Shown one piece after another: positions 23,058 through 34,314 of a stretch of DNA of 64,000 bases (positions are counted from its first letter, which is position 1; each line of letters begins with the position of its first letter). This stretch comes from Neoechinorhynchus agilis (Eukaryota; Animalia; Acanthocephala), in contig CM121341.1 of NCBI GenBank assembly GCA_051530055.1, positions 18,206,784 to 18,270,783 of the forward strand, read 5' to 3'. Made by a program: the position numbers and the translations under genes. The notes beneath the pieces are model-generated. The model worked only from the letters and a program-made list of their open reading frames with translations. It did no database searches and had not been told where the DNA came from.

Positions 23058-25961
23058 AATAAAAAAGTTACCGGCTGGCCAGACTTCAAAAATAGAGTAA
23101 ACAAATCAATAAACAGTGAAAGGGAATAGCGGACAGCCGCTTATTTCCACCTTGGCAGTTTTTGGAAAAATTACGAAACCCTTGAGTGGTTTTTGTGGTT
23201 TACGTGAATCGATTTTAAAAAGGGTATATTTACATATAAAAAGAACATTGTTGTCGTCCGTGCGTATTTCGTAGAAATGATCATGTAGATGCATCCTCAG
23301 TTTACTAGGGAATTTTTGCTTACAAAGAAATTATTCTATAACTACTGTCTTCGTCACCGTTGGTTCCAGGATTGTTCGGTTTCTTAAACCGCCAATTATG
23401 TGTGGCATTGCTAATTGCGTACTTGTTGATGTTATCTTGGGCAACTGTGAACAAGTCCAAATTACCATTTTGTAGCGGTAATCAATCGACTCGCTCGTTC
23501 GAAGTCGTAATCTATGTGACCACGGAGTCTCAGTTTCCTTTGTTGATCTTGGCCAACGGCACCTTTTCCTACTGCGATCAATAGATCGATCGTCCTTCCC
23601 GATCAGATCCTGCGGTATTCCTATGTTAATAAGCTCACCAGACTTGTATTTCAAACTCAAACGCATATACAATCGTTGTTCATGGAGCTACGAATCCGCA
23701 TGCAGTTGATTACGAGAAATTTACTTTTTAAAAGGTTTTAAGTGGAGCTCATGAAGTTTCACCTGAATAGTTTACTCGTTGATAAACACGCATGGAAAAT
23801 TGTTTTTTATGTCTAAAAATTTGAAACATCGGGTTCTTAAAAGTTATATTTTAAAGCTTTGAATACTCTTAAAAAATGCAAACAATACGCTCTCAACTAA
23901 ATGGTTCAAGATTAACTGATCATTCCTACTAACGGCATTTGGATTTTTTTTACTAAACCGTCAGAATATTACGAATTTTTTAGCATGATCAACATAAATA
24001 GTAAATCCAAAAGCACATTTTAAAGTTACAATCTAGTTTTGGACTAACACGTTTAGAGATGGAAAACGATTTTTCATAAAAATAAGAAAAAATCAATTGA
24101 ATCGAGAGATTTTCAATACACCTTAATTGACAAACTTAGATACACCCAAAGACCGCACCCCTGGCAGAACTGTGCTTGTTGGGATTTTGCAAGCCCTTCG
24201 CCGCTACGGTTGCAAGGCAGATATGGTAGGAATCGCGACCATTAGTAGGTCAGTTCAATGTCTTCATTCCTTGCTGTTCTTTTATGATGTTAAGCAATAT
24301 AACAAATCAAGATACGGCTAGGGGACGGGGCATGAATCGAGAAATATGCAATGGGTACTTTCGGACCAATGAAGACAACTAAGAAGATAGTTTAAAACAA
24401 GAAGCACACTCAAAGTCCAACCCGAAGAACTGCTTTTGTAAGAAACCGCTCTTTAATTCAAGACCACATAGAAGAATACCCTGACGAATCCTCGAATTCA
24501 AAACGGCCACGATGATTTTGAAAACATTTAGAACTAAAAGAAAGCTCTACGGAGGAAGCCGTCACTTTTTAAGAATAGTGATCAACAGCTTATGTGAATA
24601 AACAATTGGCGTTTCGGGAAGAAACCTATATCGTAATGTCGGTAAATGCCGCTCTTACGGAGTAGATTAATAGTAACACTATATAAGAATGAGTAATTGT
24701 ATACACTATCGGCGGAAATGTCACAACACACTATTGCCCCACGGTTCGCATTAGAAAACTAAAATTGGGACATACCAGTCTGGAAGAATCGTATGTCTTA
24801 ATAGTGCCTGAGCCGAATTCTATTACGCACGTTGGGTTTATAGCTCATTACTTTTTAGAGGTTGATGTTTATGCTTTTCTTGTCCGTTTTGCTGGATTTC
24901 TTAGAGTTTAAACTGGTTGCGAAATTCATTTTGTCTGTCGTAATTGACAACGTAGTGTTTAGAGTTTTCTAAGTGCCGATTCATTAGGTCTAATGTCTAT
25001 ATTGCTACATCAAATACATTTCGGCGAATATCACCAAAAGGTTTAAATTTACTTGTCTCTTCGTAACTTGCGCTTTAGACGAAGCGAATGAAAAACTCTT
25101 GGTTTTCGAATTGTTGCAATGGTAATCCCGGATAAAATATATTTTATTAGATTGAAATATTTCGCCAGGAAGCCCCGCCGCGCCAGTCATTGTTAAAGTA
25201 TTCAGAAATAATGTTATATAGCTTTTTCCGCAATGAAATTTCATCCGGGATTATCACAACCGCAATTCAAACTCTATCATCACGAACGATTTTCTCTCGA
25301 TGATCTATCGGTTTTCTTTGCAAAATAACATTTTTTACGTTTCAATGTAAATGTCAAAAATAATCGCAAGCAAACAATTCCGTGTATCAAAACTTCTTAT
25401 CTATATCTTGCTTCAATTAATTACATTGCTAATGTATTGCTTTTTGGCAGCACGAAAGTGTTCGTTTTCCTTTTTTTCTTACTTTAGTTTAAAACGAGCT
25501 ATCTGCGTCTATTTTTACTTATAACCTGTGATGTTCTCAATCGGTGCTTTTCCGCACTTCCGGTCACGCCACACTTATCTGGAATCTCTCCTTGTGTTGA
25601 AGGAGTCGCTATTATTTGAAGCCGAATTGATTTTTAATCTCAAATTTAAGTTTCACGCCTATGGACAAGAACTATTTGCGTTAAGAAATACGAATTCTAA
25701 AAGTTCATTTTTGTGTTCAATATTCCTGTTCATAAATAAACGCGATATTTATAAGACTTTTTGTTTATCGGCTGCAAAAACCTGTGTTTAAACAACAATA
25801 ACCAGTTTAAAAGAGAATGCATTCTATTTTTCCTATTTTACAATGTTTGTTTTGCCTAGAACTTTTGCAATATGATACTTTTTTCATAAATTATCGGCTT
25901 TAGATTTTATCGTTGCTGTCTATACAACTAATCCGTCGTTATTCAGAACCGCTTACCACCG

Positions 25962-27397
25962 ATGTTCGCTAGCCAACACAATTCGTATTCGAATGCATCG
26001 TTCAGCTGCTTTAACGACCATTTTGGAGATGAGGACGTTGCTCCGTATCGGGAACGAACAGACGAATTTGGATCAATCGCTAGGCTGATTAAGAACAAAA
26101 TGGTTTATATTATTTAACCCAAAATAAAGTTCTTGTTATACCTTTTTATCATTAATAGATAACAGGATCAGCAGTTGTCTCTGTTAAAGAGGAACGTGAA
26201 ATCTCCGGACATAGTCAATTCGGTCTTGCAACCAAGCAATTAAACAACGATATGCGGAGAACTCGACTTAAGCTTCAAAAACTTGATATGTGTTAGTATA
26301 CCTTCGCTTTTTCTCGCCTGGTTCATATAATACTTTTTATAGTATGCAAAAGCTCGTCGCTTTTCGACGATAAATCTAAAGAAATCGATTCTCTTGTATG
26401 TATTCTCAAACAGGACACTGCAAACCTAAATCAGCAAATAGGTCAACTTGGAAATCATGTAGTGAGTTCTAAACTTTAACAATTATTTATCGCCAAATGT
26501 AAACTTATTTGCTTAGTCGCATAAGTCTACATTGTGGCCAAATAAAGCTGTTCAAGCTTATTATCAGTCAATTGTAGTTGCCCTGCAGGTTTGTCTATTT
26601 TGAACTTATCAAAATATGTAGTCACACAAACAACGCTGTCTTACTATATTTTGGATTGTTTTGACAATATATAAAGATTTTTAATAACGTTTCTCCGTTC
26701 AATCTCAGCAATCCTTCGTGTCTAGTCTCAATTAGCTGAAGTATCGATTATATTTAAGACTACATTGGAATATCGTTCAGAGGTAAGTATATACTCGTGA
26801 TTTTTTATCTTTCTTCATCTTATTGTTGAAGCGTATTCGGCAGACTGCCAATAGTCTAGAACAAATCCACAATCAGAATGTCCACCGGAGAACAATTCCT
26901 CCATTGCAGCGTATGCTTACTGGTTCCTTACTTGCCTCAACTTAAATTTTTTTATAGCTGATTCGATTTTGATGAGAGATGAAAACGTCCATATAGAAAT
27001 GGGCAACGGTGACCTTACAATAGGTCGAAACCAACAGCTACAGCAACAAATTGCGCCTAATATGCAGACTGAAATATTAACGGATAGAGTTGACGAAATG
27101 AGGGAAATCGAGCAGACAATAATCGACTTGGGTCAAGTGTTTCAGCAATTGGCAGTGATGGTTAAAGAACAAGACGAACTTGTTCAAAGGTTCGTTTACT
27201 ATGCGTATTTAAACCCATGTCTCTAATTTTTCTTAAGAATTGACGATTCAATCGAACACGTCAACTTAAACATCGATGCAGCACATGCACAATTGAGACG
27301 GTATTGGCACTCGATTTCGTCTAATCGGTGGCTCCTTGTGAAGCTTTTTATTATTCTCATCCTGTTCATTGTCCTGTTTGTTGTTTTCCTTGTATGA
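25962..27397 (+). CDS. STX5: Syntaxin 5, eight exons with seven canonical GT-AG introns
   Basis: Manual splicing gives RERTDEF, SSLFDDKSKEI, SIVVALQ-SQLAEVSIIFK, EMREIEQTIIDLGQVFQQLAVMVKEQDELVQRIDD and SNRWLLVKLF plus a TM helix; TGA at 27395-27397. Confidence 0.93.
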
Positions 27398-27489
27398 ACA
27401 AAATGAACAGTCGATTACACTTGAAAATTCAGCATTTGAAAAAAGCGATTGATGAGCTTTACGAGGTCGGGTCATTCCATTAAGCAAAT

Positions 27490-27992
27490 TTCTTTATTTC
27501 ATATGAATTATTCTAGCACTTTCGGCGATCGAATTTTATGTATTACATCAGAGAAGTGATATAACCACATAGTCTCTAGTCTCTAATGCACGCAGATACC
27601 TCCAGGAAGCGGGACTCATCAGTGAGCTTCCTCCCTTCAACGGTATTTCGTCCCCTTTGGTTGTGAGTGTCATCGGCGACCGTGGATTCGAACCCTTTGA
27701 CGCCGACGAAATCGGTTTGCTCAACCGCATGTTTTATCGTTTATTAGATTGTCAGCTGATTTTCTCGAACGCATGTATGTTATATATTTCTTTTTTAATT
27801 TTTATATGAATTATTTTAGCACTTTCGGCGGTCGAATTTTATGTTCTGTTCATCAGAGTTTATGTGATCATATCACTTCTCTGATGTAAAGCATAAAGTT
27901 CGACCGCCGAAGGTGCTATAATTCATATAAAAATTTAAAAAAGAAATATATACATGCGTTCGAGAAAATCAGCTGACAATCCAACAAACGAT
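27490..27992 (-). mobile_element. Second locus of the tRNA-headed hammerhead repeat (tandem unit plus inverted tail)
   Basis: B box GGTTCGAATCC at 27694-27684; same gacgaaatcggtttgctcaaccgcatg unit junction as at 8393-8418; 27736-27860 is repeated inverted at 27872-27992. Confidence 0.8.
27591..27655 (-). ncRNA. Hammerhead ribozyme, non-circularly permuted (second intact core)
   Basis: GGGAC-GAAA-TACC...AGGAAG-CTCA-CTGATGA-GTCCC-GCTTCCT-GGA-GGTA-TC-TGCG; stems II and III perfect, stem I with one mismatch; predicted cleavage after 27595. Confidence 0.65.
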
Positions 27993-28381
27993 CAAGCAGA
28001 TTGCATTTGCATTTTTAGTTCTTCCTCGGTATCTTGCTTGATTCGGTTTGCAATCTTAAAATATTATGACATTTTTCCAAATCTAAAACTCCAGTAATCC
28101 CCAGGTATTTAACTTGAATGGTCGCGTAACAATAGTTTAATTCGTTTTAAACTTTAAATTGTCCACAGGGTATGTGCATCACAGTTTCGGTGAGAAATTT
28201 AAAAATAATTTTGTGAAAATCCTGTTCCCATATACAACATTTCTTTTACACACGCGATTTGCCAAGTACTTTTGTTCACGCTGTGATTGAATAACTCTTT
28301 TATCTGCGATTTTGATTCGATTGTCAAATTTCTGGAAGCCCTTTGCTTTTAGAGCTTTGACACCGTCTCAAACTTTTTCAG

Positions 28382-28900
28382 ATGCCCGATCGTCGGTCTA
28401 GGCATCACCATAGCCATCGAAGTCGTCACTACGAAGATCTCGACAGACCGCCATCCACTCCTCCGAGACGCCGGGGACGATCACATCGTCGATATCGTTC
28501 ACCGTCTTCATCAGCTGACAGGTCTCTCGATCGCCATCGAACAAAAAGGCGATATCCATCCCGAACACCGTCTCCGCCACCCCAAAGCCGCAGGCGGTCT
28601 CGGAATCGTTCTTCACGCAAGGAAGTGTTTGAAATAAAAACTGATGGGTATAGAGAAAAGAATGCGCAAGAAATTGACTACGTACCCAAGATCTTTGATC
28701 CAAGTGAGTTTGAGGGGAAAACAAAGGAAGAAGTCGATATGCTTAAGACCCTTGGATTCAGTGAATTTTCAACGAGTAAGAACAAAAGGACTGAAGGAGC
28801 TTGCAATGCTTGGGGTGCTAATGTACAAACAAAGAGGCGGTATAGGCAGTATATGAACAGGCGAGGAGGCTTCAACAGACCACTGGATCCGATTGCGTAA
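28382..28900 (+). CDS. SNRNP27: U4/U6.U5 tri-snRNP 27 kDa protein, intronless
   Basis: RS-rich N-terminus; MLKTLGFSEFSTSKNK...RRYRQYMNRRGGFNRPLDPIA. Confidence 0.96.
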   Translation: MPDRRSRHHHSHRSRHYEDLDRPPSTPPRRRGRSHRRYRSPSSSADRSLDRHRTKRRYPSRTPSPPPQSRRRSRNRSSRKEVFEIKTDGYREKNAQEIDYVPKIFDPSEFEGKTKEEVDMLKTLGFSEFSTSKNKRTEGACNAWGANVQTKRRYRQYMNRRGGFNRPLDPIA

Positions 28901-29405
28901 CCTACCGGAATATATTGGGTCCTTTAAGTATGAATACGACCAATGGTAGTTTTAGCTATTAAAAACCGAATGAAAGGTTTGTAGCAGACGCGTTATGAAT
29001 TAGTCATCTCAATGATTACAGGCTAAGTATTTTTGAGGTGGTTGAGCTTAATGTGAGTTTTTTAACATTGTTTCAATTTAGAAAGACTCAAATTTAAAAC
29101 CAAGAGAGGTTAGTCTGCCTATTGATTTTATTCCGTGACGATTAATTGAGATTCCATATCATTACAATTCTTCGATGATCGAAAAATTCAATTGGTCGTA
29201 CTTTATTTAGCAGCAAAATAATCTAGTATTAATGTTTGATTCGAATTGACATTTTTGACTGGTTTTTAAAGTGTGCGATCATTTTGTATCCTAACATTTT
29301 AAAGATTCTCCGCTTGAACACTCACAATGAGAATTTTTACTCCTTACATCTTTAAACAAACAGGTTATATTTTCTCAGTGGGATCCAGACCCGCGCACGC
29401 TTAGG

Positions 29406-31157
29406 TCAATGATCCCTCATTTTCTCAATATCGTTGAACGGCACCCAACTGACTAAAGACTCGTCTAAAACGACTTTAGGAGCCAAGGTTGAGATGAGTT
29501 GATTGATAAGCTTGTTATCAAGCATCGCATGGTGGCGCTTGTTGACACTTTTAATCAAATGCATTTCCTGTAACAATCCAATCAGATCCGACTCGCTGAT
29601 TCCAGTTCTGTTCGAAAGCTGAGTGAGATCTCCTCGATTAGGTTGACCTGTGAGTTTCTTCATTTCAAGCGCAATCTGATACAGCCAATGGCTACGATAC
29701 GTTGGCTCTCCGATATCGCTTAAGGCCGACAATTCTTAGAATGACTGCCATAATGGGAAATTCGTAGCTCCCTATTAGGTTTGTACTTTGTTCTTTGAAC
29801 TAGCAAGCATGGTTGAAAACCCGGGTTCAATTTAATGTTTAAGTTCTGAAAGTACAACGAAAGACAATTGTTGAAACCCAAAAGAAGTGTTCCTCGAATT
29901 TTTATACAATCCAAGAGGATCGATATTGTGGAGTTAGAGGACGAGGAACGATTGAAAAAGGGTGAATCCGCACCGAAATCAGGTATTCTGCTCTTTAACA
30001 TTAAATTCATTTGTTGTATTTAGGAGCCACTGTGGAACGCGACATTTTGTTGGAATTTATGGAAAATATGTGAGCGATTAGATTTCTTTTAAGTCTTTGA
30101 TGAACAAAGCTGGTATTATCTACCGTAAACAATTTTCTGTTGCACACAGAATCCGCAATGTCATTCAAATCTGAGCCTAAAAAGTCAGTGCAACTAGTAC
30201 CAAAACCCGATGACGTGCCAAGAATTATCTTAAAGGTCTTTCTGGTGTTCCTGGAGTTCCCTCCCGTTTGCTTAATTCATAACTTAATTGAATCAGAAGT
30301 CTCCCGTATCCTTTGCGTTGGAACATCGGCAACACCAGAATACACGAGAGATTACACTTCTCAGCTGATCGACGTTCTTTGCTAAAGTAGCCCGCTAAAG
30401 TGGCACCGTGCTTGTTGACAACACAAAGAACATAAAAAATGAACGGTTCAACGTCGAAATACAATGTCTTATGGTCGAGGAAGACTTTTGCGAGGAGACA
30501 AAGACACTGGCAATACATCTTATCGGTACCAGCTCCAAAGACCTCATAAATTGACAATTCCCCTTTCCTATAGATTTCTGTCCCTGGTGGCTCACGGACT
30601 TTGCATCTTACCATATGATCTGCCAGTTCATATCCACTTACGTAATAAAGGAGACAATATGGACAATGATACACTCTGCGATGATTTGCGTACGGTGGAG
30701 GATACGGACTATTGTACCAAGCACGTATTTTATAATTTCCTAAGTTTACATAATCGAGGTACCGAACAGCGTTCTTTTCCATAAACGCTCTCTCGACAGG
30801 ATCACTAAAGGAGAAGCGTGAAAGAGTAGTATGTGGAGTATTACTCACATGAGTTACTCACATCGCATCTGGCTCAATCAACCTAGCAACGACCGCTGAT
30901 CGTTTCCTGGTCAAACACCCGTTGCCTTTGAGCTTTTCAACGCTGATCTCCGTTTCCAAATTGAAGCGGGTGGATGGAAGCCATTCGTCCCATCGTTTGT
31001 TTTCGCCGTTGTACGTTACAAAGTATTCCATTTCGTCTGGATTATCGATTGATGGACGCTCAGCTAGGATTTTCGCTCTGTCCCACACGTCGCCGCGTTT
31101 GAGCACCTCATAACTGGCTCCGATTTCCAATTTACGTGAAACGTCTGACTCGGACAT
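29406..31157 (-). CDS. KAT8: MYST histone acetyltransferase with Tudor-knot domain (KAT8/MOF-like), three coding exons
   Basis: YFVTYNGENKRWDEW, WYNSPYP, C2HC finger, KTLYFDVEPFIFYVL, GYFSKE, LSCILVLPMFQRKGYG, GTPERPL-SDIG. Intron 1 is GT-AG (~30861-30805); intron 2 (30228-29719) is non-canonical. KAT8 rather than KAT5 is a by-eye call. Confidence 0.88.
29809..30174 (+). CDS. Putative 67-aa spliced ORF nested antisense in MYST intron 2
   Basis: GT-AG introns 29812-29852, 29983-30023 and 30070-30149 keep an open frame (M-YNERQLLKPK...ATVERDILLEFMENIIRNVIQI*). Confidence 0.4.
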
Positions 31158-33403
31158 GTCTGAAAAGTGAAAGCGTTTGAGTAATCTAAACATGGCAACG
31201 ATTTGGATCTCTGAGAACCAAAAATCGGTCGATTTCACCAACGAGGACTGCCTCATGAATTCACAGTACCAACGTGCCACATCGGCACTTGCGTCAGATA
31301 TATATATATATACTGGTTACAAAAATTGCAGAAAGAAATAGGTAAGCATTATGGACATGAAATTCTAGGTGTTTTAAACCCACTAAACATTAAGTAGTCA
31401 CATTATGTGAATATTTTTCCATTTAAAGATTTTGGGATAGTTTGCGACTAAATGTTTATGGATCGGCCATTAAACGCGGAGAATTTACTGGTTGTTAAAG
31501 TGTACACATTCGTGACTAATCACAAATCACCTAAAACCTTCTCGGTCCCTTTAAATTATCCTCTGAATTTTCGCTGTCCTCATCGATCTTCTGTTGCTCT
31601 ATTTGTGTGCTTGGTGACTGAAGTGCTCTCTCGTGTACGACTCGACATTACTCAAACTAGTTTTCTTATAAGAGCACCACGACTGCCTGAGAGACTTGTG
31701 ATTGTTTGCGAAAATTTCGCACCTGTAAGTCATATTCACGATTAACTGAGTATTCGATGGGTTTCTTAATCTATTTTTTTCCGCACGAAATCACAACTTG
31801 GGAACACACCGAGCAGTCTAAACAATAATATCACCATACTATTTCTTAGGAATTCAACCCGACGTTTTTAAAAAGACAAATTTAAAAATTCGCAAATAAA
31901 ACGGCTAATAGGTATTGTGAGCAACGCGATGATTGCAGCTCATAAAATCATTGATTACGCAAATCGATTTTTCGAGTTTATGTCCAAACCGAACTTTGTC
32001 TTACACAGAGCCATGGAGACGGTATGTAATGACGACAGTGGGTCTTACACGTTGGAGATGTCAAAACACAATGATGTTTATCGTCATGGTAAACAAAACC
32101 TTGAGAAATTTACTAATTCCGTGAAAAATATGATGGGTATCGCGTACAAGAAGACCTTAGTTGTAAAACAACAACCGCTTACGTGAAAACAGATCAGAAA
32201 TGTGGGCTTTTAGAGACACTAAAATCAAATAATTCTGTTTCCTAACATTTTCGAGGATAACAATTTTATGATCATTCGATTCGAACCATAAGTCAATTAT
32301 GTCAAAAAATAATTAAGAGATAATTTATTTTCTTTGGCGTATTCTATATAAGCACTATAAAAAACCACATTAAATGCTGCTTACAATATTTGATTTAGAA
32401 TCGATAAAACATAAAATTCACGATGGAGGATCGTAAAAATAAAGTCAGTGGATAATTCCTGAGTCTAATCCCATAGCCTTCAAATGGGATATAAAGCAAA
32501 CGATTAGCGAGTTGGCAATATTTTACGCTCAAATACACGTTTTCTGCAAGAGAAAACGGCAAGAAGCGATCGGACTTTATTGTAAGTGTTGAAGATATTT
32601 CAGAAGCTGATACATCATAATGGTGCTCAATTTTGTGAGGAAATTCGGGTTCCTTTCCTCAAGACGTCGTCGCTTTTACAAAGATCTTCTTAACAATGGT
32701 AGACTTATTTTCCATTAATTCGCGCTGGGGGGGGAATCCAGGTATAATTAGCTAGTGTCGCAGTCACCCTCGATTAGTCTACATTACTCGTATGGAACCA
32801 AACGCTCAAATAGGTGTAATAACCATAACAGAAAGAGCAAATGGATTTCTTCATAGTACGCGTAGGTTTGTAAAGGAGTATTCGTCAGCGAGGGAACGAA
32901 GTGCGAAGAAAGTCGAAAGAAGTAAAAGTAAATCTGATCAATTTCGAAAGGGAAAAGGAAAGTACGCCTTGGTGGTTTAATATTCGCCTAAATATTAAGC
33001 CTTCGTCATTTATATGTCGATACCTTTCTAATAGAAAGTTTCCAGAAAGACCTAAGGTGCGTTCGAGATTTGTTTATGAGACTTTACTTTTGGGTGTATT
33101 TGAGCTCATTCGCAAAAATCCAGAATCTTTAAATTAGATAGCTTTTATGTCTTTCACTTTTCTAACGTAGTTGTTGTTAGAATATATTTGCAAATTTTTA
33201 AGAGCACCATTGACTTTTATAAAACCGACAAAACCTGTTCGTCTATTAGAAAGCATTTCACGAACTCATCGTACGATGAAAAAGTTATACTGAATAAATG
33301 TTCTCGTGTTCTTCATTATGCACAACCGCTTAAATTAAATTTGAATTCTATTTCAGCATCATTTCGTCTATGTACATGCTCTTGAGATTCGATTATGTTA
33401 TAG

Positions 33404-34314
33404 ATGATTTCAGGTAGAAATCGCGAATTGACCCTTGGTCAGTTAATGCAGATAAAAGAACAAGCCGGTTTAAAAGCGTAACTGTTTTTTCACTGAATGA
33501 ACTCAAATCGCTAATCAATCGCCTAGTTTTTCCATTGAAGATCCAAAACCAATAAAGACTGATTTTGAGAGAAAAAACAGAAACCAGTCAGTGAATATAT
33601 AATGCCATCCCTTTATTTCAATAAAGCGCATCACCTTTTTAGCCCTCGAGAGATATCATCTAGAATTCCTCCATGGAAAATGCAGTCGAAAGCGAAGACG
33701 AAAATCCATGATCCGAGATTCGATAGGCGCTGTGGCGAGTATAATGTTGATGAGTTTCGAAATCGATTCAAGTTTCTTAATGACGTACGACAGAAAGATA
33801 TAAAGGTATTACAATTGTTATGCATAATTGGAGCTAAAGTTCCAACCGTTTATGTCTGCACCTTCTATTCATTTAGAAACTGGAACGGATTTTGCGAGAA
33901 AACGAAAAGGAAACGGATGTTCAAAAGCAGCTTACATCAGCAGAGAAAATTGAGATTCGACGACACATCATGCGATTGGTAAGATTTTCTTCTATTTTCG
34001 TTCCAAACTGCTGAGAAAATTAAATTTTTGTGAGAAAATAGAGGCATCAAAATGAATACCAAGAATTTGAAACAGACCGTCAAAAGAGGCGGAACGAAAT
34101 GAAGGAAAAAATATCAGCAGTAGCTCAAAAAGTTTCATGCGCTCCTTTCTTGTCGAAATCTGACAAAGGTCTTCTCGAGATGGCTGAGCGATATAAGCGA
34201 CTAAAAGCAAAAAACAAAGTAAAAACTTACCTTGAGACAAAGAAACGAAAATTAGAGAAAGCAAAGGCAAGGAAGGAAGGCGGCAAAGGAAAGAAACCGT
34301 GGTTAATCGATTAA
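33404..34314 (+). CDS. RRP36: rRNA processing protein RRP36, four GT-AG introns (5' end uncertain)
   Basis: Spliced reading NRNHPREISSRIP, DPRFDRRCGEY, FKFLNDVR, PFLSKSD, KVKTYLETKKRK. Confidence 0.85.

Noticed and set aside
30218-30228. U12-type AT-AC intron
   Set aside because: The donor ATAATTCTT does not match ATATCCTT, the 3' end is AG, and no TCCTTAAC branch site was seen.
29719-30233. piggyBac insertion (TTAA duplication) in the MYST gene
   Set aside because: The ends lack the usual CCC...GGG termini and proper TIRs, and the 3' end looks like a normal acceptor; kept only as a minor alternative.
31452-33137. Probable multi-exon genes between the MYST gene and RRP36
   Set aside because: Splice-like signals are present, but I could not assemble a coherent or recognisable protein.
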